Positions 8,193 to 16,173 of a stretch of 20,322 nucleotides of DNA are shown piece by piece (the first letter of the stretch is position 1; each line of letters opens with the position of its first letter). The notes under the pieces are model-generated. The model was not told where the DNA came from. It saw nothing but the letters and a program-made list of their open reading frames with translations, and did not search any database. The position numbers and the translations under genes are program-made. Origin of the DNA: Candidatus Woesearchaeota archaeon B3_Woes (GTDB taxonomy: Archaea; Nanobdellota; Nanobdellia; Woesearchaeales; B3-WOES); the NCBI GenBank assembly GCA_005222965.1, contig NJBG01000001.1, forward strand, positions 62,001 through 82,322, read 5' to 3'.

Positions 8193-8209
8193 TCTTTATA
8201 AAGATTTCG
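8193..8209 (-). promoter_or_regulatory. Strong BRE-TATA promoter, probably for the S-layer gene (implies a leader of about 250 nt)
   Basis: Minus strand CGAAAT-CTTTATAAAG; no sizeable ORF between it and the S-layer start. Confidence 0.55.
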
Positions 8210-8329
8210 CAATTAGACTAGATATGTTTAGATTGAATAATATATTAAACCCTCAAACACTTTAAAAAAGGCAATATAGAAGGTTGTTACTTTAAAATGG
8301 TATAGAATCTATGGTTTAAAAACATGAAT

Positions 8330-9079
8330 CTATTTCATTAAGCTTTCTACTGTATTTCCAACAACTAGAATTCTGGGTTTTATTACTTTTGTTAATCCAC
8401 TAAGAATAGGATTATAATATTTTGATTGAGGATCACTATATCTTTGTTCAAACTCTGCTAATCTTTGTTCAATAGGTATAGATTCACCATTAAGATTTGT
8501 TAAATCAGCATAAAGAGTTATTTGTTGATTCAAAGTATAAGGTAAAGCAAAATCTTCTATACTCAATGGTTCATCTGTTTTTGAAAGATCTCTTCTTAGC
8601 TGTTCAACTTTTTCAATAAACAAACCTATATGATCTTTATACAAAGCCCCATCTGGGAAATTAGACCCTCCTAATTCTTCATAAAGTGCAAGATCGGGTG
8701 GGATTATAGAAGCCATTTCTCTTAGTACTCCTTCTCTTTCTGACTTTAATCCCCCATTTATTAATCCTAAATTTTTATCGCCTTCTGTTAATATTAAATG
8801 TGCTGCCCCTACTTCATGATATTCGTGCCCCCCATATACCTTACCAAAATCATGCATATATCCTGCTGCTCTAATAATCTCAGGATCAATTAAATTTTTC
8901 AAAGAAGGATGTTTTTCAAGAATTATATTAGCTATATTATATGCTATTCTAGCTGTATCAATAGAATGATTAGCAAAGCCACTAGAATCAATAATAAAAT
9001 CTTTATCTGTATTTGATTCTACTTCAGATTCAATTAATTCTCTAGCTCTTTCCTCAGTAATAAAATTTATTTCACTCAT
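8330..9079 (-). CDS. HD-domain metal-dependent phosphohydrolase
   Basis: Motifs NHS...YMHDFGK...HEVGA...LPYTLNQQITLYADL, the H...HD...D pattern of the HD superfamily; TATA box about 22 nt upstream. Confidence 0.85.
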   Translation of the reverse strand: MSEINFITEERARELIESEVESNTDKDFIIDSSGFANHSIDTARIAYNIANIILEKHPSLKNLIDPEIIRAAGYMHDFGKVYGGHEYHEVGAAHLILTEGDKNLGLINGGLKSEREGVLREMASIIPPDLALYEELGGSNFPDGALYKDHIGLFIEKVEQLRRDLSKTDEPLSIEDFALPYTLNQQITLYADLTNLNGESIPIEQRLAEFEQRYSDPQSKYYNPILSGLTKVIKPRILVVGNTVESLMK

Positions 9080-9141
9080 ATATTATAAGTAAATTTATAG
9101 TATATAAATCTTTCTATTTGTTACTACTACTAAGAAACAAA

Positions 9142-9247
9142 TGCGGAGAGGAGGATTTGAACCCCCGTAAGCACTAAGCTAACAGGTTTCTGCAAACAAA
9201 GTTTGTTTACCTAAGCCTGTCCCGTTTGACCGCTCCGGCATCTCCGC
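9142..9247 (-). tRNA. tRNA-Leu (anticodon UAG) with a 22-nt intron at canonical 37/38 (9188-9209); CCA not encoded
   Basis: Acceptor GCGGAGA/TCTCCGC+A, D arm CCG..CGG, anticodon stem ACAGG/CCTGT, loop CT-TAG-G|A, long variable arm, T arm GGGGG-TTCAAAT-CCTCC; TTTATATA about 30 nt upstream. Confidence 0.93.
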
Positions 9248-9295
9248 ATATGTATAAATCAACAGAAATGAGTATTATATAAATATTATGGTTAA

Positions 9296-9838
9296 TTAAG
9301 ATTTAACACAATCTGAACAAACAAGAACATTATCTTTTTCAATAACCTTTTCAGAATAATTTCCACAAAGATTACAAACTCCTTCTTTTTCTTTAACACT
9401 ATGAATTGGTTTTCTTTCTTCTTCTTTTAACTCAAACTTTTCTACTAATAAATCAAATAATTGTGGTTCTATTTTAAGGACATCTTTTAATGTCAATAAT
9501 CCAACCATCTTTCCACTATCTATTACAGGTAAATGTCTTATATTATGATCTTTCATTATAACCAAAGCCTCAAATATATCCTGTTGAAGCTCTGCTGTGT
9601 GTTTTATCTTCATCATAACTTCTGATACAATCTCTTTTTCAGGATCAAGACCAAGAGAAACGCCCTTTCTTACAATATCTTGTTCTGTCACAATGTAAAG
9701 AACTTCATTATCATTTATTATCAAAGCACCAACATGGTTGTCTTTCATAACATTTGCACATTTCATTAAAGAATCATCTTTACCAACCATTACTGGATTT
9801 TTCGTCATTGCATCACACACTTTGTATCCTATCTTCAT
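9296..9838 (-). CDS. Tandem CBS (Bateman) domain protein with C-terminal Zn ribbon
   Basis: VCDAMTKNP...HVGALII...IVTEQDI and VSEVM...NIRHLPVID.GKMVGLLTLKDV; C-terminal CNLC-x17-CSDC. Confidence 0.9.
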   Translation of the reverse strand: MKIGYKVCDAMTKNPVMVGKDDSLMKCANVMKDNHVGALIINDNEVLYIVTEQDIVRKGVSLGLDPEKEIVSEVMMKIKHTAELQQDIFEALVIMKDHNIRHLPVIDSGKMVGLLTLKDVLKIEPQLFDLLVEKFELKEEERKPIHSVKEKEGVCNLCGNYSEKVIEKDNVLVCSDCVKS

Positions 9839-9926
9839 CTCAAAAAGAATATGAAAAATTAGTATTTAAATATTTAGGTCATTAAAAACATACTAAGAAA
9901 AAGATAGGATTTACCGTGTATAAAAT

Positions 9927-11768
9927 TTAAGAATTTACTAAAATTTCTACATCTTTGCCAAAGATCTTTTTTAGATTTTCAAAGACTGGTTTTTTGATAA
10001 ATGCTTTAGGTATTTGTTCAATCTCAGATAATGTTTTATCTAGTTCATCAAAAGAACTTTTCTTTAATGTGCCAAAACTTCCATCTGGGTTTAATTTTAC
10101 CTGACTAATTTTCTTAGCTTCTTCACTAACATCATGTATTACAAAAGCAACAGCTCCAAGCAAAACAACTTCTCCGTATTTCTTGCCATATTTTACCTTG
10201 ATTTTTGATCTTTCTAATTCTCCAACTCTTTTTCTCTGGATATATTCCACCATAAATTTGATTAGTTCCCTTGTATCTTTTTTGACTTTCTCAACTTCTG
10301 TTTTTGTTAACTTCTTTTCATCATAATCTTTTTTAGCTTTAAATGTCTCATTAAGTATTCTTAAAAATTTAGCAGGTATTTTTCCTTTTGACGTCATTTC
10401 ACTCTCAAACACTTTAACAATCTCTTTATCAGGAATTTTTTCAATACCTTCATTCTTTAGTATATCTCTTATGATTGTAATAACAGATTCATATATACTC
10501 ACAACATCTTGTTCTGATTTTATAACACTTATCTGCTCAAATAATCTTTTTATTCTTTTGAGATATTTTTTAGCATGAGATAATAGATCATCTACTTCTT
10601 TCCCGGTTATTTCTTTTTTTGTACCATGTTCAATTTCTTTTCTTAAAGTGATTATTTTCTCGAGGATACTAATATAATTAGCTTCTAAAAGTTTCTCTTT
10701 TTGCACAAAGATTTGCTTCATAAGCTCTGGTGTTTCTCTCGGTGTAGGTGGAGGAATACCCAACATCATTAATGCTGCCTGAGAAGGCGTCAAGAGAGCA
10801 TAATATATATCCTCTATACATATATCTTTAAGCTTGAAAGTAACTCTTTGGAGCATCTGTTCTCCAGACGACATAAACATATCAATAGCTTCTGCACTTG
10901 GTTTAATCTTACCCATTCTAAGCAATAATTTCCAAGGCATAAATACTCCTCTGTCATAAAAAGGAACTCCATCTCTCAATAAAGTAAAGATTATTGGGTT
11001 TGCTTCCTTTAGGCTGTCCCAGAAATCAGTCAAAATATAAATTTGAATATTTAATTTGTTTTTAATACCAGTCATCTCTCCAGCTTCAATACCCATACCA
11101 ATAATTATAGCCCTTAACTTATCCCTTAACTCCACTCTTGTCATCTTTTTAACATCTGTATCGTCGATAACTATCCAGACATCAATATCAGATGTTTTTG
11201 TAGATTTACCTTGTGTTAAAGAACCTGCTAAAACATAGCTAACTATATACTTTTCAAATTTCTTTAGAACCATTGATTTATGTATTTCAGCTATTTTTAT
11301 TGCAGCCAACATTCCATTATCATACACAGGAGCAGACATAGAAACCATCTGTAATAATTCATATTTTCCATCATAACAATTTTGCCATAACTCGCTTAAC
11401 AAAATTATTTCAGGAAATATTTTTTTATCTGTTTTCTGTGCCATCTCGATTATTATAGTGGATAGTTTTTGATGTAATTCCATCTTAGACATTGTTTTAC
11501 TATCCATGTCATCAATTAAAACCAAGACGCTTATCTTATCTTTATCCTCTTCCTTCATCTTTTGCATCTGTTCAGGTTTAGGGGGAGGTAATAAAGAAAC
11601 AGCCACAATATACTTATCAAATTTTTTAGTTATCTCTTTTTGGAATTTAGTTAATTTTGATTTGATTGTTTTTAATTTCTTCTCTAACTCTGGAGGCAAA
11701 GGTGGTTGTTTAGAATTAACATTATTTGGTTTTACAACATCTTTATTTTTATCATCTTTGTTTGTCAT
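9927..11768 (-). CDS. Multidomain protein: degenerate nucleotidyltransferase + Pol-beta-type (MNT) nucleotidyltransferase + HEPN + degenerate HEPN-like + C-terminal domain
   Basis: GSLTQGKSTKTSDID (aa 182-196); internal repeat aa ~30-153 vs ~155-275; YYA..SQAAL..G and RKEIEH (aa 376-381, Rx4H). Confidence 0.8.
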   Translation of the reverse strand: MTNKDDKNKDVVKPNNVNSKQPPLPPELEKKLKTIKSKLTKFQKEITKKFDKYIVAVSLLPPPKPEQMQKMKEEDKDKISVLVLIDDMDSKTMSKMELHQKLSTIIIEMAQKTDKKIFPEIILLSELWQNCYDGKYELLQMVSMSAPVYDNGMLAAIKIAEIHKSMVLKKFEKYIVSYVLAGSLTQGKSTKTSDIDVWIVIDDTDVKKMTRVELRDKLRAIIIGMGIEAGEMTGIKNKLNIQIYILTDFWDSLKEANPIIFTLLRDGVPFYDRGVFMPWKLLLRMGKIKPSAEAIDMFMSSGEQMLQRVTFKLKDICIEDIYYALLTPSQAALMMLGIPPPTPRETPELMKQIFVQKEKLLEANYISILEKIITLRKEIEHGTKKEITGKEVDDLLSHAKKYLKRIKRLFEQISVIKSEQDVVSIYESVITIIRDILKNEGIEKIPDKEIVKVFESEMTSKGKIPAKFLRILNETFKAKKDYDEKKLTKTEVEKVKKDTRELIKFMVEYIQRKRVGELERSKIKVKYGKKYGEVVLLGAVAFVIHDVSEEAKKISQVKLNPDGSFGTLKKSSFDELDKTLSEIEQIPKAFIKKPVFENLKKIFGKDVEILVNS

Positions 11769-11842
11769 TGTTGCATCCTATTCAAGTAACAACTTATGAA
11801 ATTAATTGTGAGTATTTAAAGGTTTTGTTTAGATATTTTTAT

Positions 11843-13342
11843 CTATTGTTTAATAACCATGCCGTCTAATTTGATAAGGGCTTTTTTTGCAAAATCTAAT
11901 TTTATTTTGTTATGAGCATAAATTGTCAGAAGGGTTTCTCCTTTTTTTACATAATCACCAACATGTTTATGTAAATAAATTCCTGCTCCTTTATCATTTG
12001 GTGCTCCTGCCACTCTCGCTATTTTACAGATTGCTCTGTTATTAATAATATGTAGTTTCCCATCTTTATGTGATTTTAGGTCAAATTTTTGATTGCCGAT
12101 TTTTATTTGATTAGGTAATATTTCTTTTCCTCCCTGAGCTTTTATAATCTCAATAAATTTTTTATATGCTTTTCCAGATTCAAGAATATTTTGTGCTTTT
12201 CTAAATCCCTGCCCTTTCTTAGCTTTTCCACCCATTTCTAACATAATACCTGCCATCATTAAACTCTTTTTCTCTAAATCTAAAGGTCTTTTCTTATCTC
12301 TTTTCAAAACATATAAAACATCTCTTGCTTCTAATCCGGGCCCAATACCATTGCCAATTGGCTGTTTTCCATCAGTTATAATTACTTTTGTTTTAATTCC
12401 AAGCTTTTTTGATACTTCTTCAAAATCTCTTTTTAATTTAGCTGCTTTATCTTTATGAGTTATTTTTGAGCCAACCCCAACAGGGATATCTATCAATAGG
12501 TATTTGGTTGAAACACTTGCTTTTTTAGACATAACAGAAGCCAGTAATTGTGATTCAGCGTCAATACTTAATGGCCTTTCAACATTTATGATTTTATCAT
12601 CTGCAGGAGACAAATTTAAACTTCCTCCCCAAACCAAACAACCATTTGTTTTTTTAACAACCTTTTTCATTTGTTTAATATCTAAAGAAACATTTGTAAA
12701 CACCTCTACAGTATCTGCTGTTCCTGAAGGAGAAGTTATGCTTCTCGAAGATGTTTTAGGAATAGTTAATCCAGCAGCAGCCACAATAGGCACAATAATC
12801 ATTGTTGTTCTATTCCCAGCTAATCCCCCAACACAATGTTTATCAACAACTACACGATTCTTAAATTTTAATATATCCCCTGTATCTCTCATCGCTTTAG
12901 TCAACCAAACAGTTTCTTCCATATCTAACTTATTAGCATAACCTGCTGCAACAAAATATGTCATTTCAGATTCTTGGAGTTTGTTATGAACAATATCCCA
13001 TACAATTTGATTAATCTCTTTTTGTGTTAGTTTACGACCATCTAATTTCTTTTTGATATATTCTAAGGAAATAGGTTTTCCAGCTGGAATTATCTCAACC
13101 ACATCATTATTTTCAGCATCTATAGCATCAATAATTTCCTCAAATAAGCCAATATAACCTCTTCTAACTGCTTTGCCGCTTTCTGCTATATCTAGAACAA
13201 TTGTAGCCTCTTTTTTTCCTTTTCTTACTTTTATTCTATCTAAAGAATGTAGATCAAGTTGAGAAGCATCTTCTTCATTTAAGATAGCTACTAAAATGCC
13301 TCCTGTAGATATATTCATATCTTTGACTTTAAGTCTCTTCAT
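11843..13342 (-). CDS. deoA: AMP phosphorylase (archaeal thymidine phosphorylase family)
   Basis: 499 aa with N-terminal extension; DKHCVGG.AGN, IPKTSSRSITSPSGTAD, WGG.LNLSPADD..I.VE.PL.ID, SVMSKK, QPIGNGIGP.LEA, AGAPNDKGAG. Confidence 0.93.
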   Translation of the reverse strand: MKRLKVKDMNISTGGILVAILNEEDASQLDLHSLDRIKVRKGKKEATIVLDIAESGKAVRRGYIGLFEEIIDAIDAENNDVVEIIPAGKPISLEYIKKKLDGRKLTQKEINQIVWDIVHNKLQESEMTYFVAAGYANKLDMEETVWLTKAMRDTGDILKFKNRVVVDKHCVGGLAGNRTTMIIVPIVAAAGLTIPKTSSRSITSPSGTADTVEVFTNVSLDIKQMKKVVKKTNGCLVWGGSLNLSPADDKIINVERPLSIDAESQLLASVMSKKASVSTKYLLIDIPVGVGSKITHKDKAAKLKRDFEEVSKKLGIKTKVIITDGKQPIGNGIGPGLEARDVLYVLKRDKKRPLDLEKKSLMMAGIMLEMGGKAKKGQGFRKAQNILESGKAYKKFIEIIKAQGGKEILPNQIKIGNQKFDLKSHKDGKLHIINNRAICKIARVAGAPNDKGAGIYLHKHVGDYVKKGETLLTIYAHNKIKLDFAKKALIKLDGMVIKQ

Positions 13343-13360
13343 TTTATAGATATCTTGTTA

Positions 13361-14410
13361 TTAAATAGTAAAAGAATCTTTTTCTTCCTGATATATTTCA
13401 ATAATAGTCATTAATAAAGATAGTATGACTGGTCCAATAACAATACCTACAGGACCAAAAGCCACAAGACCACCCAAAACACCCAAAGCAATAATGATGG
13501 GGTGTATATCTGCTCTTGTACCTATTATCTTGGATCTTGTCCATATATCCAAGAACATAATGATTAATCCTGCTATTACCAAGACAAGAACTTTAATTGG
13601 TTCTCCTTGCACAATATAATATATAGAAGCAGGAACCCACACAAGTGATGCACCAATAGCAGGTACTAAAGCCAATAGCATAATTATTATTCCTAAAAGT
13701 AAAGCAATTCTATTTCCAATTATAGCAAAACCAATCCATCCGACTATTCCTTCTATAAGTGCTATTACTAAATAACCATAAACAACACCATTAAGTGTTT
13801 CAGCAAACTTCTTTAATAGTTTGTCTTTGTGACCTCTTTTCAAAGGCAATAATTCACTCACCCCATCCCAAATTGTCTTGCCTGCTTTTAATAAAAAGAA
13901 CACAAGCAAGAATATAATTAATATGTTAAGAATTTTTTTTGGTACTGAAAATAAAAATGAAGAAGTATTTCTTGTTATGCTTGATGCTAGATTTGTTATA
14001 GTCCCACTAATATAAAATCTAACTCTTTGGTTTGTATTTACAGCATCTACCATACTACAAAATAAGGTTTCTTTTTCACATTCTATTCCTGTTAATTCTT
14101 TATCTTCTATTAGTTTTATTGTTGCATCATTATATATATCTATAACTTCATTAGAAACCATATTAAGTATAAGTATTGATGGGATTGCTATTATTAATAC
14201 AATCAAAAAAGCTATTGTAAATGCACTAAGATTTTCTCTTTTTGTTTTATTAAGTATTTTTTTATAGAAAGGGTAAAAGACAAAAGCAATTATAAAAGAA
14301 CTTAGTATTGCCATTAAAAAAGGTTTTAGAATTATGAATGAAAGATATACCATTGCTAAAAAAAATCCTATAAAAAAATAATTGTTTAATTTAGACTTGA
14401 TGTAAATCAC
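13361..14410 (-). CDS. AI-2E (UPF0118/PerM) family transporter; start codon uncertain
   Basis: Multiple TM segments; LKPFL..I..S.I.A..FYP.Y, LVPAIGASLVWVP, IHPIIIALGVLGG..AFGPVGIVIGPVI. Confidence 0.9.
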   Translation of the reverse strand: MIYIKSKLNNYFFIGFFLAMVYLSFIILKPFLMAILSSFIIAFVFYPFYKKILNKTKRENLSAFTIAFLIVLIIAIPSILILNMVSNEVIDIYNDATIKLIEDKELTGIECEKETLFCSMVDAVNTNQRVRFYISGTITNLASSITRNTSSFLFSVPKKILNILIIFLLVFFLLKAGKTIWDGVSELLPLKRGHKDKLLKKFAETLNGVVYGYLVIALIEGIVGWIGFAIIGNRIALLLGIIIMLLALVPAIGASLVWVPASIYYIVQGEPIKVLVLVIAGLIIMFLDIWTRSKIIGTRADIHPIIIALGVLGGLVAFGPVGIVIGPVILSLLMTIIEIYQEEKDSFTI

Positions 14411-14459
14411 CTCATTAGCATTATTAAAACATTTCAGTTTATAAATGTTATGTATAGGA

Positions 14460-15635
14460 TTAGTTAGGTAGAGTTTTTTCTAAATAAGGGTACAACAACA
14501 TTAATATTACAAACAAAAGTATACCTAGAGTTAAATAACCAATTTTATAAGATTCTCTCATTACAAAACTTATACCAAAAGCAACGATTATTTGAAATGC
14601 TAATTGAATCTGGTTCTTTACAGAAAGCATTGTTGCTTTATAATGTTTGTTATTAAGAAAATTTTTTAGAAAATATCCATTGATTAGGTGATTTCTTCCC
14701 CAGAAATACCCCATTAATAATGAAAACATAAATCCATTTAGATAAGGATTAGAAAAATAAGAAGTTGATAATAAAATCAGAGGAAATAAAAATATTTCAA
14801 TTTTAAATATTTTTTTCATACCAATCTTTTGTTCAAGTAAATGAGCGTTATGTCCTATAAAAAACCAAAACAATCTTGAAAGGCCCATTACAAACCCAAT
14901 TAATATGATAGGGTAACCAAGAGATTCTAGATATACATATCTATAACCATTTGTTGCCATAATAAATCCCCCTATAGAACCAACAAAAATAGCTGTTGGA
15001 TAAAATTTAGGATCAATTGCTGTTTTGACAATATGAAAAAAAGATTGAGGTTTGCCCTGTGCAATATGATAACACTCTTCAGGAGATTTAAGTGATAATA
15101 CAGCTACTAAACCTATCAAATCGAATATTAAGTTTATTTTTAGTGGAAGCACTATTGAAATTTCGGTTAAAAAAGGTAAAAGAATTATAAGTAATGCGCT
15201 GGCTAATGAAACATTAGCAGCAATCTTACTCATAATTTTTGTAAATTCTTTTTCCTTGTTAAGACACGATATAGTGTTATGAATAAAAGCAGAACTTGTT
15301 CCAGAAGTTGCTGCAAACGAAAGTGATAATAGGGCAGAACCAGCAATAAAATGATATAAAGATTGAGCAAATATAAAAGAGAATAAAGATAAAATCATCA
15401 ATATTTTAGCTAAAATTAAAGTTCTCTTATGGCCAAATATATCTGCAAAATAACCACTAGGTATTTCAAATAAAAAAGATGCAAAATAACCAATTGCTAC
15501 ATATGTTCCTATTTGTTGAGCATTTGTATTAGGTAATGTTAAAAAATAAATTGCAAGGATTGGTATAAAATGTCTTCTCTGGCTTAGACTAAAAATAAAA
15601 AATTTCCATAAATTGTTTGATAAATCTTTTTCCAT
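14460..15635 (-). CDS. Major facilitator superfamily transporter
   Basis: About 12 hydrophobic segments; motif A-like EIPSGYFADIFGHKRTL; SGT.SA; YKATMLS. Confidence 0.88.
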   Translation of the reverse strand: MEKDLSNNLWKFFIFSLSQRRHFIPILAIYFLTLPNTNAQQIGTYVAIGYFASFLFEIPSGYFADIFGHKRTLILAKILMILSLFSFIFAQSLYHFIAGSALLSLSFAATSGTSSAFIHNTISCLNKEKEFTKIMSKIAANVSLASALLIILLPFLTEISIVLPLKINLIFDLIGLVAVLSLKSPEECYHIAQGKPQSFFHIVKTAIDPKFYPTAIFVGSIGGFIMATNGYRYVYLESLGYPIILIGFVMGLSRLFWFFIGHNAHLLEQKIGMKKIFKIEIFLFPLILLSTSYFSNPYLNGFMFSLLMGYFWGRNHLINGYFLKNFLNNKHYKATMLSVKNQIQLAFQIIVAFGISFVMRESYKIGYLTLGILLFVILMLLYPYLEKTLPN

Positions 15636-15718
15636 TTTATATAGATTATTTGTTTTGTTTAAATATATTCTTGTTTTGAATCCAAAAATTTATAATCACT
15701 CATATATTATCATAGATT

Positions 15719-16096
15719 ATGTCATCAGAAGGAACAAGTAAATACCTAATAGAAGTTAGATTACTTCCGGCTATAGCTAAATATAGGCAACCAGATGGAA
15801 CAATTGATTTTAGTAAAATTCCTCTTGAAGAAGTAGTATACCTACAAATTGATAGGGTGCGCAGACTTGATCAAACAATACAAATACAAGAGTATCCTTC
15901 TGGTATAAAAAGTTTATATCATCATCCTATGATAAGAGATTTTAGAGATGCTGTTCATTGGCATAAAAGATTTCCAACAGATCATAGTAGAAATGAAATA
16001 AGACGTTATAAAAAAGAAGAAGCAATTAAATCAATAAAACAAACTCAAGGATTACTAAACTATCTTCTAACACCACAAGGTATACCAAGAATATAA
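15719..16096 (+). CDS. Hypothetical protein, possibly HEPN-like
   Basis: 125-aa ORF with its own TATA (TTTATAAT 15689-15696) and a downstream T-run; IRDFRDAVHWH motif followed by an amphipathic terminal helix. Confidence 0.6.
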   Translation: MSSEGTSKYLIEVRLLPAIAKYRQPDGTIDFSKIPLEEVVYLQIDRVRRLDQTIQIQEYPSGIKSLYHHPMIRDFRDAVHWHKRFPTDHSRNEIRRYKKEEAIKSIKQTQGLLNYLLTPQGIPRI

Positions 16097-16173
16097 TTTT
16101 TTTCTTAATAGATTGAATATATTTATATATGATTATGTTTTTTATTTAGTTAAGAGGTATGTGAGGTGTTTAA

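Noticed and set aside
8210..9247. HD gene as an element integrated at the tRNA-Leu 3' end, or as a Cas3 HD domain
   Set aside because: No duplicated tRNA 3' end (att site), integrase, cas genes or CRISPR array seen.
9927..11768. NTase-HEPN protein as the archaeal CCA-adding enzyme or a CBASS cyclase
   Set aside because: The NTase domains are minimal MNT-sized and followed by HEPN-like helices rather than CCA body/tail or cGAS-like lobes; no CBASS effector or cap genes adjacent.
11056..13619. Plus-strand ORFs at 11056, 11506, 12504 and 13425
   Set aside because: Antisense shadows of NTase-HEPN, AMP phosphorylase and AI-2E genes.
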